Source of the DNA: Calcarisporiella thermophila CBS 279.70
Taxonomy: Eukaryota > Fungi > Calcarisporiellomycota
Reading direction: 5' to 3'
Assembly (NCBI RefSeq): GCF_041956535.1
Contig: NW_027192191.1
Location: forward strand, 309,267 to 373,266
Length of the DNA: 64,000 bases
Both the position numbers and the translations under genes were made by a program. The notes beneath the pieces are model-generated. The model worked only from the letters and a program-made list of their open reading frames with translations, had not been told where the DNA came from and did no database searches. This document shows, piece by piece, positions 1 through 13,081 of the stretch. Within the stretch, counting starts at the first letter, position 1. Each line of letters starts with the position of its first letter.

Positions 1-196
1 AATTCCTGCCCTCGCCCTTCAGACCCCGCTTCAGACGCCCTCTATGTCCCGATCGCAACCATCTCCATTTTGCTCCCTCATTTTTTCCTCTTATCTATGC
101 CCTGTGCTTTGTTTGTATCGAGATGCCGTTGCATTTCCCTCCTCGGACCGCGCGCCCATGTTTCCTAACATTCTTCCGGTGAATTCCCAAAACACA

Positions 197-235
197 ACCA
201 CCACCACCACCACCTCCTCCTCCTCCTCCTCCTCC
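197..235 (+). repeat. compound (ACC)n(TCC)n microsatellite
   Basis: accaccaccaccaccacc followed by tcctcctcc... read directly. Confidence 0.9.
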
Positions 236-1129
236 ATCACCCTCCCCCCCTTCCTCTCCGGTAGGCGCAGGCGAATAAGCGGAATAAAGATGAGATCAGC
301 AAGATCCTCTCTCCACGGCCGCCACTGTATGAGTCAGAGTAAGGCTGGGAGGATTCCACGGCCGGCAGCGAGAGTGCAAAGAGAGTTCCGGTTTCAGTTA
401 GATTTGCACAACATAACTGCCGGAATCCGCCGCTGCCATTGGACACCACAAGAATTCCCAAAAACAGTCGAGATGGAATACAGGACCCATCTTCTCCTCT
501 GCAACACGGCAGCCTGCAATTACCAGGAAAAGCAGCGGACGCTGCGTCATGGGAGGGAGGAGAGAGGAGCTGGCGGCCGAGAGGAAATGAAGAGGTTCCG
601 GGATTAGAGACTGCTTAGCCAGATGCTCCCAGCCGCGGCCCCCAGAGTAAGCCCGCCCGAGCTGAAAGCGAGGACAAGACCGATCCGTCTAGAAATTCCC
701 GTTCCATGGCGTTTGCATCGATTTGCAGAGAATATTTGCAGTGCTCTGCCGCAACCCGGAAAAAACCTTAAAAGGACACAGGACGTTCCACTGCAATAAA
801 GAAATGCATAACTATGGGTGCGGGAAGTTTAACCTAGCATCGGTGCTCTGGATTTCCGCAAGCTCGCCCTACCAACAAACCCTCCACTCTCTCTACAAAT
901 ATTCCCGCCTTCACTCGCTTCGCAACCTCTCTTGCTCTCCCCTCGTGAGCCCAGTATCGCGCTTGCCCTAATTCCCTCCTTCCCCCCCCTTCTCTCATAA
1001 GCTTTGCCATTCGCTCCTATTGCTTCTTGCTCCGGCCCTCTTACAACACAAGCGCGTTTCATATTTTGTCTTGTCTTTGTACAGCCTTTTCTCTCCTTTC
1101 GGATTGCCCTGTGCTCGCTTTGTTTCGCC

Positions 1130-3290
1130 ATGTCCTACCCCATTGCAAAGGCCCCCATTCCATCGAATGCTGTGCATCGGGAAAAGAGTGCTACGAGGCT
1201 GGCACCGTTACCGTTCCAGCCAAAAGCCTCGTTAAACCAAGTATCCAAAGAAGGCTTGCACAAAGAAATATGGTGGAAGGAATACGACGCCAGAAATGAG
1301 GTGGGAACTCAGCTTGGTTTTCTCTTAGTTTGTGATTGTTCTTTGTTCCATTACTTCCCTCTCACGTCTTTTTTTTCCTGGCTAATGCAGAGCTTATATC
1401 TGAACCGCTCGGCTGGCACACCCTATGCTCCCTCCAAAGATCCTGGGGAGGCCGTGACCAGCTGCCAACTCTTGGATTTTTTGGCGGGCGAGAAAGAATA
1501 TCTCGATCATTTGACAATGCTTCTGGAGAAAACGTCCAATAAGACGTTGATGAAGCATTATCCGGAATTGGCTCTACTGGTCGGCGCACTCGAAATTCTC
1601 CTCCAGACCACTACCCAGCTCTACAAGGTGAGTGCTGGCCGCTCTCCTCAGACCGGGCATAGCTAACGCCACTAAACGTGTCTTTTCCTTGCCTCAAGGA
1701 TATCTCCCTGATTTCGCAAGCGCAGCCCCTTGATTTCCAACAGCTCTGCTCGACCACATCTTCAACCGTTAGGCAGCTGGAGTCGCCCTACAAGACCTAT
1801 GCCAAGCATTTCGTCAGAGGGATGGACATATTGGCGGAAGATGCCCCGGAGATACAAGAGATGCTCAAGGTACTCTACGGCGATGGCCTCATGCACTTCT
1901 AATTCCCCACTAATCCATCTTCGTACACAAGACTCTGTCGCAGGCCAAGTACAGGGAAGTGACCCTAGATTCGCTCTTCCATTTGCCAGTCGATCGCCTG
2001 GCTCACTATTCCCATTTCTATAAGGTAGCTTTTCCTCGTCAATCGTTTTCCCCACATTCTCCCTGGCCTAAAAGGCGCCAACTTGTTCTTGTTTGCTAAA
2101 TTGTTATTTTCAAGTGGCTGGCACAAAGCGCCATAGGGGCAGAAGCGTCTAAGTTAACCACCGCAATCTGGCAGCTAAGGCAACTACAGCAGTGGGTGGA
2201 AGGCGCGTGTTTAAGCTCCCCCGTTTGTCGCCGTCGATCCCCCGATCCCACCTGGAGTGTAAACAGGGCCGACAAAACTTTCTCCGGAGCGCCAAAAGGA
2301 GTGGCCCTCCCGGCATCACCCAATCTGAAAAAGGCCGTGTCTTCCAAAGTCGAAGACTATTTGCCCATCACCGGCTCCAGCCCGCCCTTGGCGGGGAAAG
2401 AAACACCCGCGACACCTCCCTCCACCCCTCCTCTATTGATGCCCTCTCAGGAGACGGCATCGGACGGTTTCCCCGGACTGCATCGGCGAATCTCGGCCTC
2501 AAGCCTCAGCACGGTGTCCTCCATTGCCACGGTGTGCGACACCTTGCTACGCACCCCGCCATGCGATGCCAGCCGCCGCGTCCACGCCGGCTTTGGAGCC
2601 TGGGAAACTCTGACGTCCGATTGCTTCGTGGAGATTCGGCTCACCACCACGGCTCGCTTGCTCTTCACCATCTTCGCCAGCGGCCGCATGGTCCTCAACG
2701 CTTGGATTCTCCCTTCGACGGAGATCAGACGGGAGGGCCCGACGGACCTGGTGATCCTCTGTGAGATGGGGGCGGAGAAAAGGGAGGAGTGGTGGCTGCA
2801 GTTCGACGAGAGAGGGGACGCCGATCTCCTGGAGAAGGAGGTGCAGAAAGCCCGAGCGGAGGGAATCACCCTGGGAATTGAGGGGCGGGAAGAGGGGTTT
2901 GTGTCGAGATCGGCCAGCCTCACGCACAACCTCACGGCCACGGGCTCCGGTGCGGCGGAGATGCGCCACCTTCTCCGATTGCCTTGCAAGATTTATCTGC
3001 AATGGGAGCACGCCCGTTGGATGAACTTGGGCACCGGCTGCCTCAAACTTGCCGAGAGAGCCTCCGGAGCTTCCCCCCCTGCACTACTGGTGCATCTTGT
3101 CCTTGACCGTCGGGCCACTAGCGTGCTGCATGAGGAGATGGGCCCCGAGCAGTGGCAGCCCTTGGGAGGGAAGCGGATCGGGATCAAGGTGGTGGGGAAA
3201 ACCGGTCTTTCCACCGTCTACATGGTCAAGTTCAAGCGGGAGGAGGAAGCACAGCAGCTGCTTGCCCTGGTTCGCTCCTCCTCCCCATGA
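1130..3290 (+). CDS. Uncharacterised protein with N-terminal DH(RhoGEF)-like helical region and two C-terminal PH/RanBD-like domains; 5 exons (~1130-1300, 1391-1627, 1699-1869, 1932-2024, 2115-3290)
   Basis: GT..AG introns with branch-like sites join the ORFs; LLDFLAGEKEYLDHL resembles the first DH helix; CKIYLQWEHARWMNLGTGCLKL...YMVKFKREEEAQQLL resembles a PH-fold/RanBD pattern. Confidence 0.6.
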
Positions 3291-3906
3291 GCAGAGCATC
3301 TCTGCACCTCTGCGCTTTCGTTATTTATCCGTCCCCCCCTTTTTTTTTCATCACCCAAACTATATACACTATATCCTTTATTCTATATTTTCCTTTCTGT
3401 ATATCAATCATTGTATATTCTGCATCACCTTCTTTCTTCTCTTCATAGAGTTCTTCTTCCTTTTGGTCTCTCTTCTTTTTTGTTGTCTTCATTTTCCCCC
3501 CATTGTGTATCGTTGCATTTTGAAAAGTCGACTGGTTTCTGCTTCATTCATGGGTAGAGAAAGACTTCCTGGGATCCATTTCCCTGCCATTAGCCTGTTT
3601 GTTTATATTATTATTATAACCACTCAATACAAAGTACAGAGTTTTCATCCTGGTGATGCAGCCGCCTTTTACGTAGGAATCGTGGGAATGAGGTTAGCAG
3701 GGCTGGGTCAAGGAGGGGGGGGGGGGAGAGGTGATGAAGTAGGATGAACCAGGATTGGAGAAGCATCTAAGCAAACGGGAGAAGTGAACTAAGATAGATC
3801 TACAAGCAGGATAGATGGGTGGATATGTATATCTACAAGAAAAGGTGATATTAAGGCGTGGGATTTCATGAGGAGGTTTGGATGGAGGTTGGCAAGAGGA
3901 GCCATT

Positions 3907-5515
3907 CTAGGAATCCCTAAATTCAATGGCCGGAGGGGTCGGCGGATATTCATCCATGCGCCCAGCGTCCCGTAGGCGAAGATAGACCGCATGGTTGTAG
4001 GGGTATAGAAATCCATTTCCAGAGGTGCCCTTGCTTGGCACTAAAACATGCACCAAAAGCTTGGTCAGCCAGCCACATGTGGATACTACGATGAAATGGG
4101 AATGAATCCTTACCAAGCCACGAGGGCCAACTTTTCCCCATAACGCTTGTCCAGTTGTCCCACATGCCCAAATCAAACACATTCTCCCCACTCTGGGTAA
4201 AGTTGGTCGGTGGATTCGGTACTTCTTGATGGGGCTTATCCGACGGCGCGTTTCTCTGCTGCCCAGACTTGGACTTGGCGGAGAGGTTCTCGATAGTGGT
4301 ACGGTTGAGGAGGACGAGGCGAATCTGAAAAATGGCAAAGCCTAGGAGAAGTGAACCGAAGAGAAAGGAGAGGGTGAGGAGGACGATCAGGGCAGGGTCG
4401 AGCGGCGGCGGCTAAAGAGGGGTGAGATTTGGGTCAGTAAAACACACCAACTGGTCACTCAATAAACTCCACGTTTAAGCGGCCACCTACTCGCTTCTCT
4501 GTTCGAATTTGTATAAAGGCGGCCAACGTGGTGACAAATCCCCAAAGTGTGAGGAGCCCGCCATAGAAGACAAATTGGATAAAGAATTTATAATTGTGGT
4601 GCCCAACGCAGCCATTGACCCTAGAATGGAAACGAGAAGGGGGGGAGGGGGAGGGGAAGACGACTGAATCAAAATGGAAGAAGACATCATGGTGGATTTT
4701 TGGTGATTACCATGGGCAATGGCTATATAAATAGAGAGCGAATACGGTAAAAAATCCTTACAAATATGGTTCCAAAGAGAAACAAATCAACACCTACTGG
4801 TCCATCCGCAGTACACACTCCTGGCAATACTTGCAATGGTGCGCTCGATCCGGTTTGATCCAATTGCACTTATCACAAAACCGTGGCTTCCCGAAAATAG
4901 AAAGAGGGGGTGCAATATCAATACTAGTATGGGATGCGTTCTCCTCCTTGGGGTCTAACCAATCGGTGGAGCGTGCAGAGCCCTCTTTACTTTCCACCGA
5001 TGCAGGCTTTAGAACAGGAGAGGCGAGAGTGGCTGGAGCCGTCGATCCCTCGATGTCGCGCTCGGCTTTGTATTTTTCCGCCCATCGCCGCATCTCATTC
5101 TCGAGCTCTTTAGGTGGCTATGGGGCCATTAGAATTAGGTACTATTGGAAAGAGGAATTGCTTGCAGGGACACGAAATAATGCAAACCTTGTTAGCTGAA
5201 CCGGCCGGAGTCGCAAGGACACGGAGATAGCATATTAGGAACATGGCAAAAAGAATATGGGCAACCACTAGATAAATTATGCATTGAGCCAGCCGCTTGG
5301 CCGGAATAAGCGTTTGGACTTTGGTCAATGGGAAGAGAAAACAAATACAAATGTCAGCGTCGTGAATGATGAACGATTAGGAGTGAAGCGTATTTACTGC
5401 ATAATCGCACGACATAGAGGTAGTAGCCGGCGCCTAGGATCACCAGGGCGATGAGCACGGGAAAGTAGCCGGCCCACTTTGGGGGTGGAACGAATTCACC
5501 CTTTCTTTTCACCAT
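3907..5515 (-). CDS. DHHC palmitoyltransferase (Pfa3/ZDHHC-like), multi-exon including a 12-nt microexon
   Basis: [46 protein letters not shown] after splicing; TM helices; C-terminal FDLGMWDNW...GNG motif. Confidence 0.92.
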
Positions 5516-5697
5516 GAGTCTGTCAGAATTTCCAACGATAAAGGTGGTCCCTTCATTTATATCACCCTCAACATGCTGGGATAAGGAAATTTCTTGCGCC
5601 TTCTTGGCTGGATTTAGAAAATTCCATTGAATCTTTTCGTAGCCCGAAATTTTATTGCTTTCTATCCTTTCATCATGACATACCGAAATAGCCAAGC

Positions 5698-6826
5698 CTA
5701 AGCCTGGATCTCTCGAATCTTTGCGGTTAATACCTCCTCAATCGATTTGATATATTTATCGGTGAGACCTTGCACCTGCGTTCAAAGTTGGAGATATCCA
5801 TCAGAAACCTTCCCTTCTGATAGCTCCCTAAATAAGCGAAGCTAAGTATCCAGACCCTCACCTTCTTTTCAAAACGTCTGTGCTCATCCTCGGAGAGCCC
5901 ATTCTTCAAGTCCTTTTTGAGATCCTTCATTGCATTCTGTCTAATTTGGCGGACGCGGATCCGCGTCTGCTCGGCTGCTTCACCCACGGACTTTACGAGC
6001 TTTTCTCGTAACTCCTTTGTTGCTCTAGGGTTGAAGCAAGCAGGGTCCAAAATGTAGAATTAGAAGAGGGGAGAAGAGAGAGAACACATAAACTTACTTT
6101 GGGACTGGGACTTTGATGGCTTTGTTTTCTAGGATCGGGTTGAGATTGAGGTTAGCGTTGCGGATGGATCTATCGACAGCTGTCAAAAACTTTTTCCGAG
6201 CAGGGCACACATCAAGAGCAATACAATAAAAGGAGAGGCGGTTAGGATAAATGGATAAAAACAAGAGAAAGCAATGGGCTTACTTCAGGATCGTTGACGT
6301 GAACAAGAAGTGTGTTGGGATCTCGTATCGTCACCTGTGCGATATCCTTTAGTGGCATGTGCCCGTACTCTCCTAAATCCACTCGGACAACGTCTAGGAG
6401 AGCTATTGTTTCAGTAAACAGATAAGCGCATCGACGCGAGTGTCAGGAGTGAGGCCATCATCATTTTTGGAATTAATGTGCACAGCAAAGAAACAGCATA
6501 CCAGGATTCGCACGTCCAATTCTCATCATAGCCAGGTCATTTTTCAGGCGCTGCACGGAGTCTCGCATTTTAGCCTCAGAGGCCTCCTCATTAAACGATA
6601 ATTCGGAAGTGATTGCTTCCGATTCCACGTCGCTCGCCGCCACGCCCTTCTTTCCCTTTTTGTTGGATTTTCTGCTGGCAAAGGACCGATTCTGTTCTAA
6701 ATTCGAAGAGAGGGAGGCTCGTCTGGGCTGAAGCGCTGGAATGAAGGTAGGGCGAATGACATTGGGAGAAGAGATGGGACGGGTGAGGCTGAGCCTCAGA
6801 CAGCGGAGGGCTAATAGTCTTGACAT
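5698..6826 (-). CDS. RRF1: Mitochondrial ribosome recycling factor, 5 exons
   Basis: Arg/Ser-rich presequence; MRIGRANP, PLKDIAQVTIRD, NLNLNP, IRVRQIRQ, VQGLTDKYIKSIEE motifs. Confidence 0.9.
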
Positions 6827-7153
6827 TACAGTGCAAACGTATATACCCCTACACCCAACGCTGGCAATTACTCAAGCATCTCCGTATTGCAAAGGGGGTT
6901 GGGTAAACACAAATTCGCTAAGCCATAAAATCTTGGTGGCAAAAGCTGGCTCGCCTTTTCGCTCCCAAATTTTCATACCATTCCGCACCACGTCCCCGTG
7001 GTCCTGGATGGTTTTGGTTGGCCCATCATTTTCTAGTTGGACTCTACAACGGTTCCAGAGGTTACCCACTAGGTACACCATCTCTCCTTTCAAGACGGGA
7101 GAGGAGGAGTCAGTTTCAAAGGGTTTATTTGATATGGTATATTAAAAATAGAC

Positions 7154-8821
7154 CTATACGCCCACTGGACAACGAGTGCAGGCATCGGTGGGTATTATAA
7201 AACCGTGTCTAAACAAGCATTCTTCATCGTATGCTCTCTTTATATTCTGGAGTCTAGCCAGATTACCACGGAACAGATGTTCGACGGGCTCGTCATAAAT
7301 GCTGTAATTTGGGTAGAGCGCATTGGCTTCATTGCCTTTACGCAGGATCACCTCTCCCTTCCGTATCCACCGCAACACTTTGCCAGTGAGCTTGTGGTCC
7401 TTCCAACGCGGTACTATGCCCACGATATGATTCGCTTTGCTATGGGGATAGGCCGAATCTGCGTCCTTGACGCCACGGAACGCGCCTTGGAAGGTAGGCT
7501 CGATTAAAATGGTGGTTTGCACGGCATCGGGTATCGCATCAGTGAATTCTGTGTAGTAATCGAAGGCGGTTTCGACGAGATCGGGGGTGATCTTGGAGGC
7601 AGAGACGGCGGAGAGGAATTTGAGATCGCCGGTGGTCGTCAATGGGTCCTGGAGGGTGTTGCCCTTCCAATACTCCATTTCCTCGGTTGTGTCTTGGAAG
7701 GCGCCAAGGTCGTAAAAGTCTTTAAACACCTTTCGCGCCTGCTCCGCATTGCCGTCATACCAGACCTGGACTACCGAGGTTGGCTATTGAGGAGGGCGGT
7801 TAGCCGCGACTGATATCTGGAGGAGATGATGAGGGTGAAAAAGGAATAGCTCAAGTGCTGGGCATTACCTCAAAGCTCGGAGGAGGTCGGGCGAATACTA
7901 GCAACAGATTGGCCTTTGGGTCTTTGTTATTTGCCGACCAATTGGCCACCAACTTTGCGAGCGGCTTTATCTGACCACTGCGGTAAAAGAGGAAGCCCGA
8001 GAATATTTTGCCATTTTGTTCAAAAGTTTCAAAGGTGAACTTGGTAGCCACGCCGAATTGGCCGCCTCCGCCGCGAATCGCGAAGAAGAGATCCGGGTGC
8101 TCGGTTTTGCTCACGCGGAGACTCCGACCATCCGCAATTACCATTTCAACCTCAACCAGATTGTCTGTCAATGCAATTCAAAGAGATTAGCACGATTCGG
8201 GTGGGGAGTCCAATGCGCTTTACCCGACGCAAGGCCATGCTGCCCGGTCTTCCACCCATAGCCTCCCCCAAGGGTGAAGCCCCCCACGCCGACATTCGAT
8301 ACACGGCCCCCCACGGCCGCTCGTCCGAATTTGGCCAGATGCTTGTCCACGTCGCCCCATCGTGCGCCGGGGCCAAGGGCCACAGTCTTGGATTTTGTGC
8401 TGTATTCGATGGAGTTCAGTAGGCCAAGGTCGAGTAGCAAGCCGCCTTCAGAGCCGCTGTGGCTCGGGTTGCAGTTGTGCCCCCCCGATTTAATCGCAAA
8501 ATCAATGTTGTAATGCTTCACGAAGTCAATCACCTGCTGTACATCACGCACATTCGCGGGCTGCACTATTGCGGTGGCATTCAACTCGGCGAGATCCGAC
8601 CAGTGTTCATTGATGGCTTTGTAGTTGCCCTCACCTTTTAGGACAATGCGCGCATCGTCGGAGAGACATCCCCTGAGATAATTTAGGAAGGATTGCTTGA
8701 TTTCGGTGAGAGGGCACTGCTCGAGTCGGAAAGGCCGCTGGTCATTGCTTCGAGCTTGCGAGACTTGGCCAAAAAAGACAAGGGAGGCAATGACGGCAAA
8801 ATACCCCAGTCGAACCAGCAT
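7154..8821 (-). CDS. Secreted FAD-linked oxidoreductase (VAO/BBE-like, FAD_binding_4 + BBE), 3 exons
   Basis: Signal peptide MLVRLGYFAVIASLVFFGQVSQA; KSGGHN covalent-FAD His; VGVGGFTLGGGYG; DLFFAIRGGGGQFGVAT; C-terminal YPNY...NLARLQNIKRAYD..LF. Confidence 0.92.
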
Positions 8822-9447
8822 TTGGGACTCGGATTGTCGGATAGGGAAGAAGGTCTGAGACAGCGCGTGAGAGATCTTCTGAAATTAAAGTTAGAGCTTC
8901 ACTCGCCGCGGAGGAGTTTAAATAACCGCTGGTAAGCCCAGGGGTTCGAGAATCTCGGTGCGTTTGAGGCGCAGCAGGCTTCTTCAGCCTATGCGTGTAG
9001 ATGGGCAGGCTTGCTGCGGCAGCCGAGCCGCCTTCCTTTTCCAGACATTCCAGCAGGGCAGCCTTTTCGGCTAGGCTTGCATTTGTAACGGGCCGTTTCG
9101 CTCTCCGCCACCCATTTGCCATTTTCACCGCGTTGCTGATGCGTTGCTTTAATTCGGGAGAGAGGAAATTGAAAATTCCATATCAAGCTAGCTACCCTGT
9201 TTGGAACCAAGAGAGTGTCCCAAAAGAGTTTCAATTGCTTTTCCCTCGACTCTGGCGCCAATTCACCGTATAAATGTGCGCACTGGCCAACCCAAGCCAA
9301 TTTGTCGTATCCAGTCCGATATGAAAGAAACAATAGCTAATAGCCAGAGTCGCGCAGAACATTGGGGAGGTTGGTTGAGACGGGCAGCTCTTTTAGCCAG
9401 GATCCACTCGCACCTCTTCTCTCGCCTTCTCTCCTGGCTTTACTGAC

Positions 9448-10693
9448 ATGGACACTGTGAAGCAGAACCCAGAGCTATGGGCCCAGGTCACCAGAGAAAA
9501 AACAATCACCTTCCTTGAGGGTAGGCTACACTGGTCCAATTTTACTATATTAAATGGGGGGAGGAGTGAGAGCCGCCCGCCTTGGTTCAGTGGGGATGAC
9601 CGGGAAATAGATGCCCTGTCGATCTAACCCGCCCTTTTCTTCTTCCCCGTAGGATTTGTCCTGAATGTGTTCCTTCTCAATCTATACCTCTCCGTGGCCA
9701 TGCTGCGAAAATTCAGACAGCCCGTGTACTGGTTGTGTCTTATCTGCAACATCTTTGGGCCTATTCGCATACTAGCGAACGTAATCCCGTATCTGGGGAT
9801 GAAGGATGTCAACTGCGATATTGTCTCGTACTTCATTAATATACCCCAGGAGTTATCTCTCGATGCAATTATAGGCATCATGTAAATGATCTTCATTGCG
9901 ATTATCATGCTCCCCCCAACTCAATGCAAGATTTATTAGGATGATTAAGGCCTATGTTGCCTACAATCGCAACATCATAATTCCCATCATAAGCTTTACT
10001 CTAGCAGCTGGCGCCTTTGTCATCCACTTCATCCACATCTTTCAGGCCAAGTATAATGTGAATCCGCTAGGTGGCTGCTCTAATGTAAGTGTCCTCCCCC
10101 CCCCCCCCGACTTATAAAGAGACATGTTGCTGTTCAAGCGTGCTTACTGAAGTATGTGCATTGCTGACATCCTCCATAGTTGCCTAATCCCATCATTGTT
10201 ATGCTATGGTTTGGCTTTGTTTGGGCGGAAAACGCCTTCCTTAATGCGATATTTTGCTACAAAATCCTCTCGGTCAGAACCAACTCGATATTCGATGCCC
10301 TCTTGCGTGACGGGACGATCTACCTGGTCGTCCTTACCTTTTCCAATATTATCACGCCACTTCTCATCTATTTCCGCGTGTTCGACTCGACCACCCTATT
10401 CGACATTGACTGTAAGTACTCCCATACACCGCATCGTCCGCACTTGTTTCGGCTAGCTCATGCTTGTCTGCTTTCTAGGGGGACTAGCCTGCTTTCTCAT
10501 CTCACTCCACCTCTGGCACTGTGCCAACATGCGCTCTGATTGTGGAAGCGACCATGGGAACGTCGGAACCACTATACGCCCCATCACTGTAGGGAATACA
10601 GGACAAATCATTTCCGTACCAAACGAAAGCCATCTAACCTCGCTTCCTCACATCTCTATCGATTGTGACGGATGTGAGAACGCTGTTAATTGA
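9448..10693 (+). CDS. Orphan 7-transmembrane GPCR-like protein, 5 exons
   Basis: Spliced product has seven hydrophobic segments, Cys at the start of TM3 (VNCDIV) and in ECL2 (GGCSN), and LLRDGTIYL before TM6. Confidence 0.65.
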
Positions 10694-11132
10694 TGTGCGG
10701 CGGCTAAGCCGTAAAGTACGAGAGCGCACTTGATACCCTTTCAATAGAGGCGTGGTGCTGGAGGGAAGGTGACCAGTGCTATGCCCGTCCAAGACTTTCA
10801 CTGTAGACCATTTTAATGTATATATTTTGAATCTCTCATCTTGTATCTATATTTTTTCCCCCTTTTACTCCATCCAATGGCCAAAGCATGTACCTTTTAC
10901 ACGTATTATGGTAATTCCTCCTTAATATAGCGGCTGCTCTCGCACGATTCTTCTAGGATAAACTCATGTTACGCATGATTTGCTTCTCTTTCACGAAAGA
11001 CGGGTTGATTTATGAATTGCATAAAAAGTACACAGCCTGATCAAAATCAGTAAAGACGTAGCTATTTACAGTTCGAGCGTGCTAACGTCATAGCAGTGCT
11101 GAAAACGTCCAAGAAGGGGCGGCATGCAAAGT

Positions 11133-13010
11133 CTAAATGGCATCATCTCGAATGTCTCGTTCCGCTTGATATATCTTCCTCTAGAATATCCATAGGAGCA
11201 TTTCAGCGATTTTCATGCACACGGCGACGTAAAAGTGATGGCCTACCTTCATTTGGTGCAGCTCCTCGGCAACCTTGTTCGCCTGGTCCGTTGTCTCTCT
11301 CGCAAGTTCCAAGAGTTCAATATCCTCGTCGTCTGCGGGAGCATATTTAAGAATCTGGCGTTCCAAATTCTTCACTTGCTTTCGCAGCATGGCCACGTCG
11401 TTGTTGAAGCCCTCAATGTCCATCTTGCGGCGTCGATTGAGATTATTGTAGCTATTCAAAGAACCACAATGAGCGGACTGTATTCTTATCTATTCTGCTT
11501 GAAGCATACTTGTTTGTCATGGTCTCCAACTTCTTTTGCAAAGCTTCGATCTTCTTCTGCTGGGCCGCCTCCTTTTGTTGGGTCTCAACCTAAGAATCCA
11601 CATATCGGGGTCAGAGATAAAAGCCTTGGTATATTGCGTGTAGTTGCTTCACCACCTCCATCGACTGCACTTTCGCCTCATACTCCCTGATCTGCCGCTT
11701 GAGCTCCTCAGTGAGATTACTATATTTTCTCGAGACCCGCTCCTCAGCAGTCTGCAAATGACATCAAGTGAGAAATAGCTGGGGAATGCTTTGAGGGAAT
11801 CCAGGGCATACATACCCGCTCAATCTCACTACTTCGAGCGCCTTCTTCGGATATTGTAGACTGGAGGGCTTTGACCTCCGCTTTGAGCCTCTCAGTCTCC
11901 TCTCTCCATTGCCGTTCTCGCACCAGGCCCATTTTCTTGAAGTGTAAGAGTTCTAATTATTTTGATGTTTAAAATCGCCGAGGTGAGCTAAAGAGTGCGC
12001 CGTCAAAAACTCTGGGTTATGAGGTGGCTCACCCTTTGTATTCTCTCGACAAAAATTCTCTAACTTTTGCACCTTGGTGGTCAAAGCCTGTATACTTTCA
12101 GCGTCCTTGGTGCGTAGTGCCGTCTCCTGCTCTATTCTTACCCTACGCTCTTGCTCCTGATTTTTGGTGATCTCCTCAAAAACCTCCTTCTACTCAAACC
12201 GATAAAATCCAAAATAAATGATGCTGGATAAAAAGGGTGGGGTTGAGGGCATTAATTCAACTCTACCTGGTCTTTGAGCTGGGCTTTCAGCGCGTCCACC
12301 GTTAATTTTAGCGTCTCCAACTCAAGGTCATTAGGAAGCTTTACCTCGAGGTCCTACTCCGTATTATCATTACTCAAACCATATCTCTTATATTTCAGTT
12401 AGCCTATAGTTACCGCATCGTCGGGTGGCAAAGGCAGCACCTCTTCTAAATCTTGTTGCTTTTTTAACTTGATGTTCTCTTCTTGATCGGGTGCAGTGAT
12501 GGAGAGTAGATATTGTATCTTTCGCCGATCTCTCAGTTCTCGTACTAATTGAATGGAATGAAAAGGCGAGAAAAAATTGGATAATATGTTAATAGTCAAG
12601 GCTCTCTCCCTCGTCAATAAGAGGATATAGTAGTCTATATGCTTGAACCTTTTAATTCATCGTTTTCCCTCATGATATTTAGCAATGTGCTGCGATCCTT
12701 TGTGATGCATTGTTGCAACTCACTGGTAACTCGTTGGAGCTCAGCAATCTCTCGAACGCGCTGGTGAAGCTGCCAAGTGAGATTATGATGTTCTTCATGG
12801 GAAAGCTTGATTTGTTCCACGCGGGCAAGGGCATCGTCATAGTCGCCTTCAGCACGTTCTATCAAATAGATGGTCGATTAGAATTCGATGGTGGAGTCGA
12901 GGGGGAGAGGATCGCATTCTAACGCTGCACTTACCGACGCGCTGCCTGTAATAATCCAAGAGCTCCTGGGAGAGTGGGAGCTTTTCCACCGCACGGATCG
13001 CATTGGCCAT
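11133..13010 (-). CDS. CCDC77: Coiled-coil domain-containing protein 77 ortholog (centriolar protein in animals), multi-exon
   Basis: LPLSQELLDYYRQ, REIAELQ, ENDELKVRELRDRRKIQYLL, ETLKLTVDALKAQL, RRRKMDIEGFNNDVAMLR and KIYQAERDIR match recalled CCDC77 blocks in the same order. Confidence 0.82.
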
Positions 13011-13081
13011 GGTAAGATGTGCCAAGGTGGGAAGCGCAAATAGAATGGATAATACAGTTGAAATAGGAAAAATGGGATTTT

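Noticed and set aside
44-607. 187-aa ORF at the window start
   Set aside because: Openness is partly explained by the ACC/TCC microsatellite; no domain or splice support.
3664-3672. GCCTTTTAC resembling U5 snRNA loop 1
   Set aside because: The flanks do not form the required stem.
8849-8861. GAAGGTCTGAGAC resembling the RNase P RNA CR-I motif
   Set aside because: No complementary AATTCAGAC-like CR-V downstream; it lies in the leader region of the oxidase on the opposite strand.
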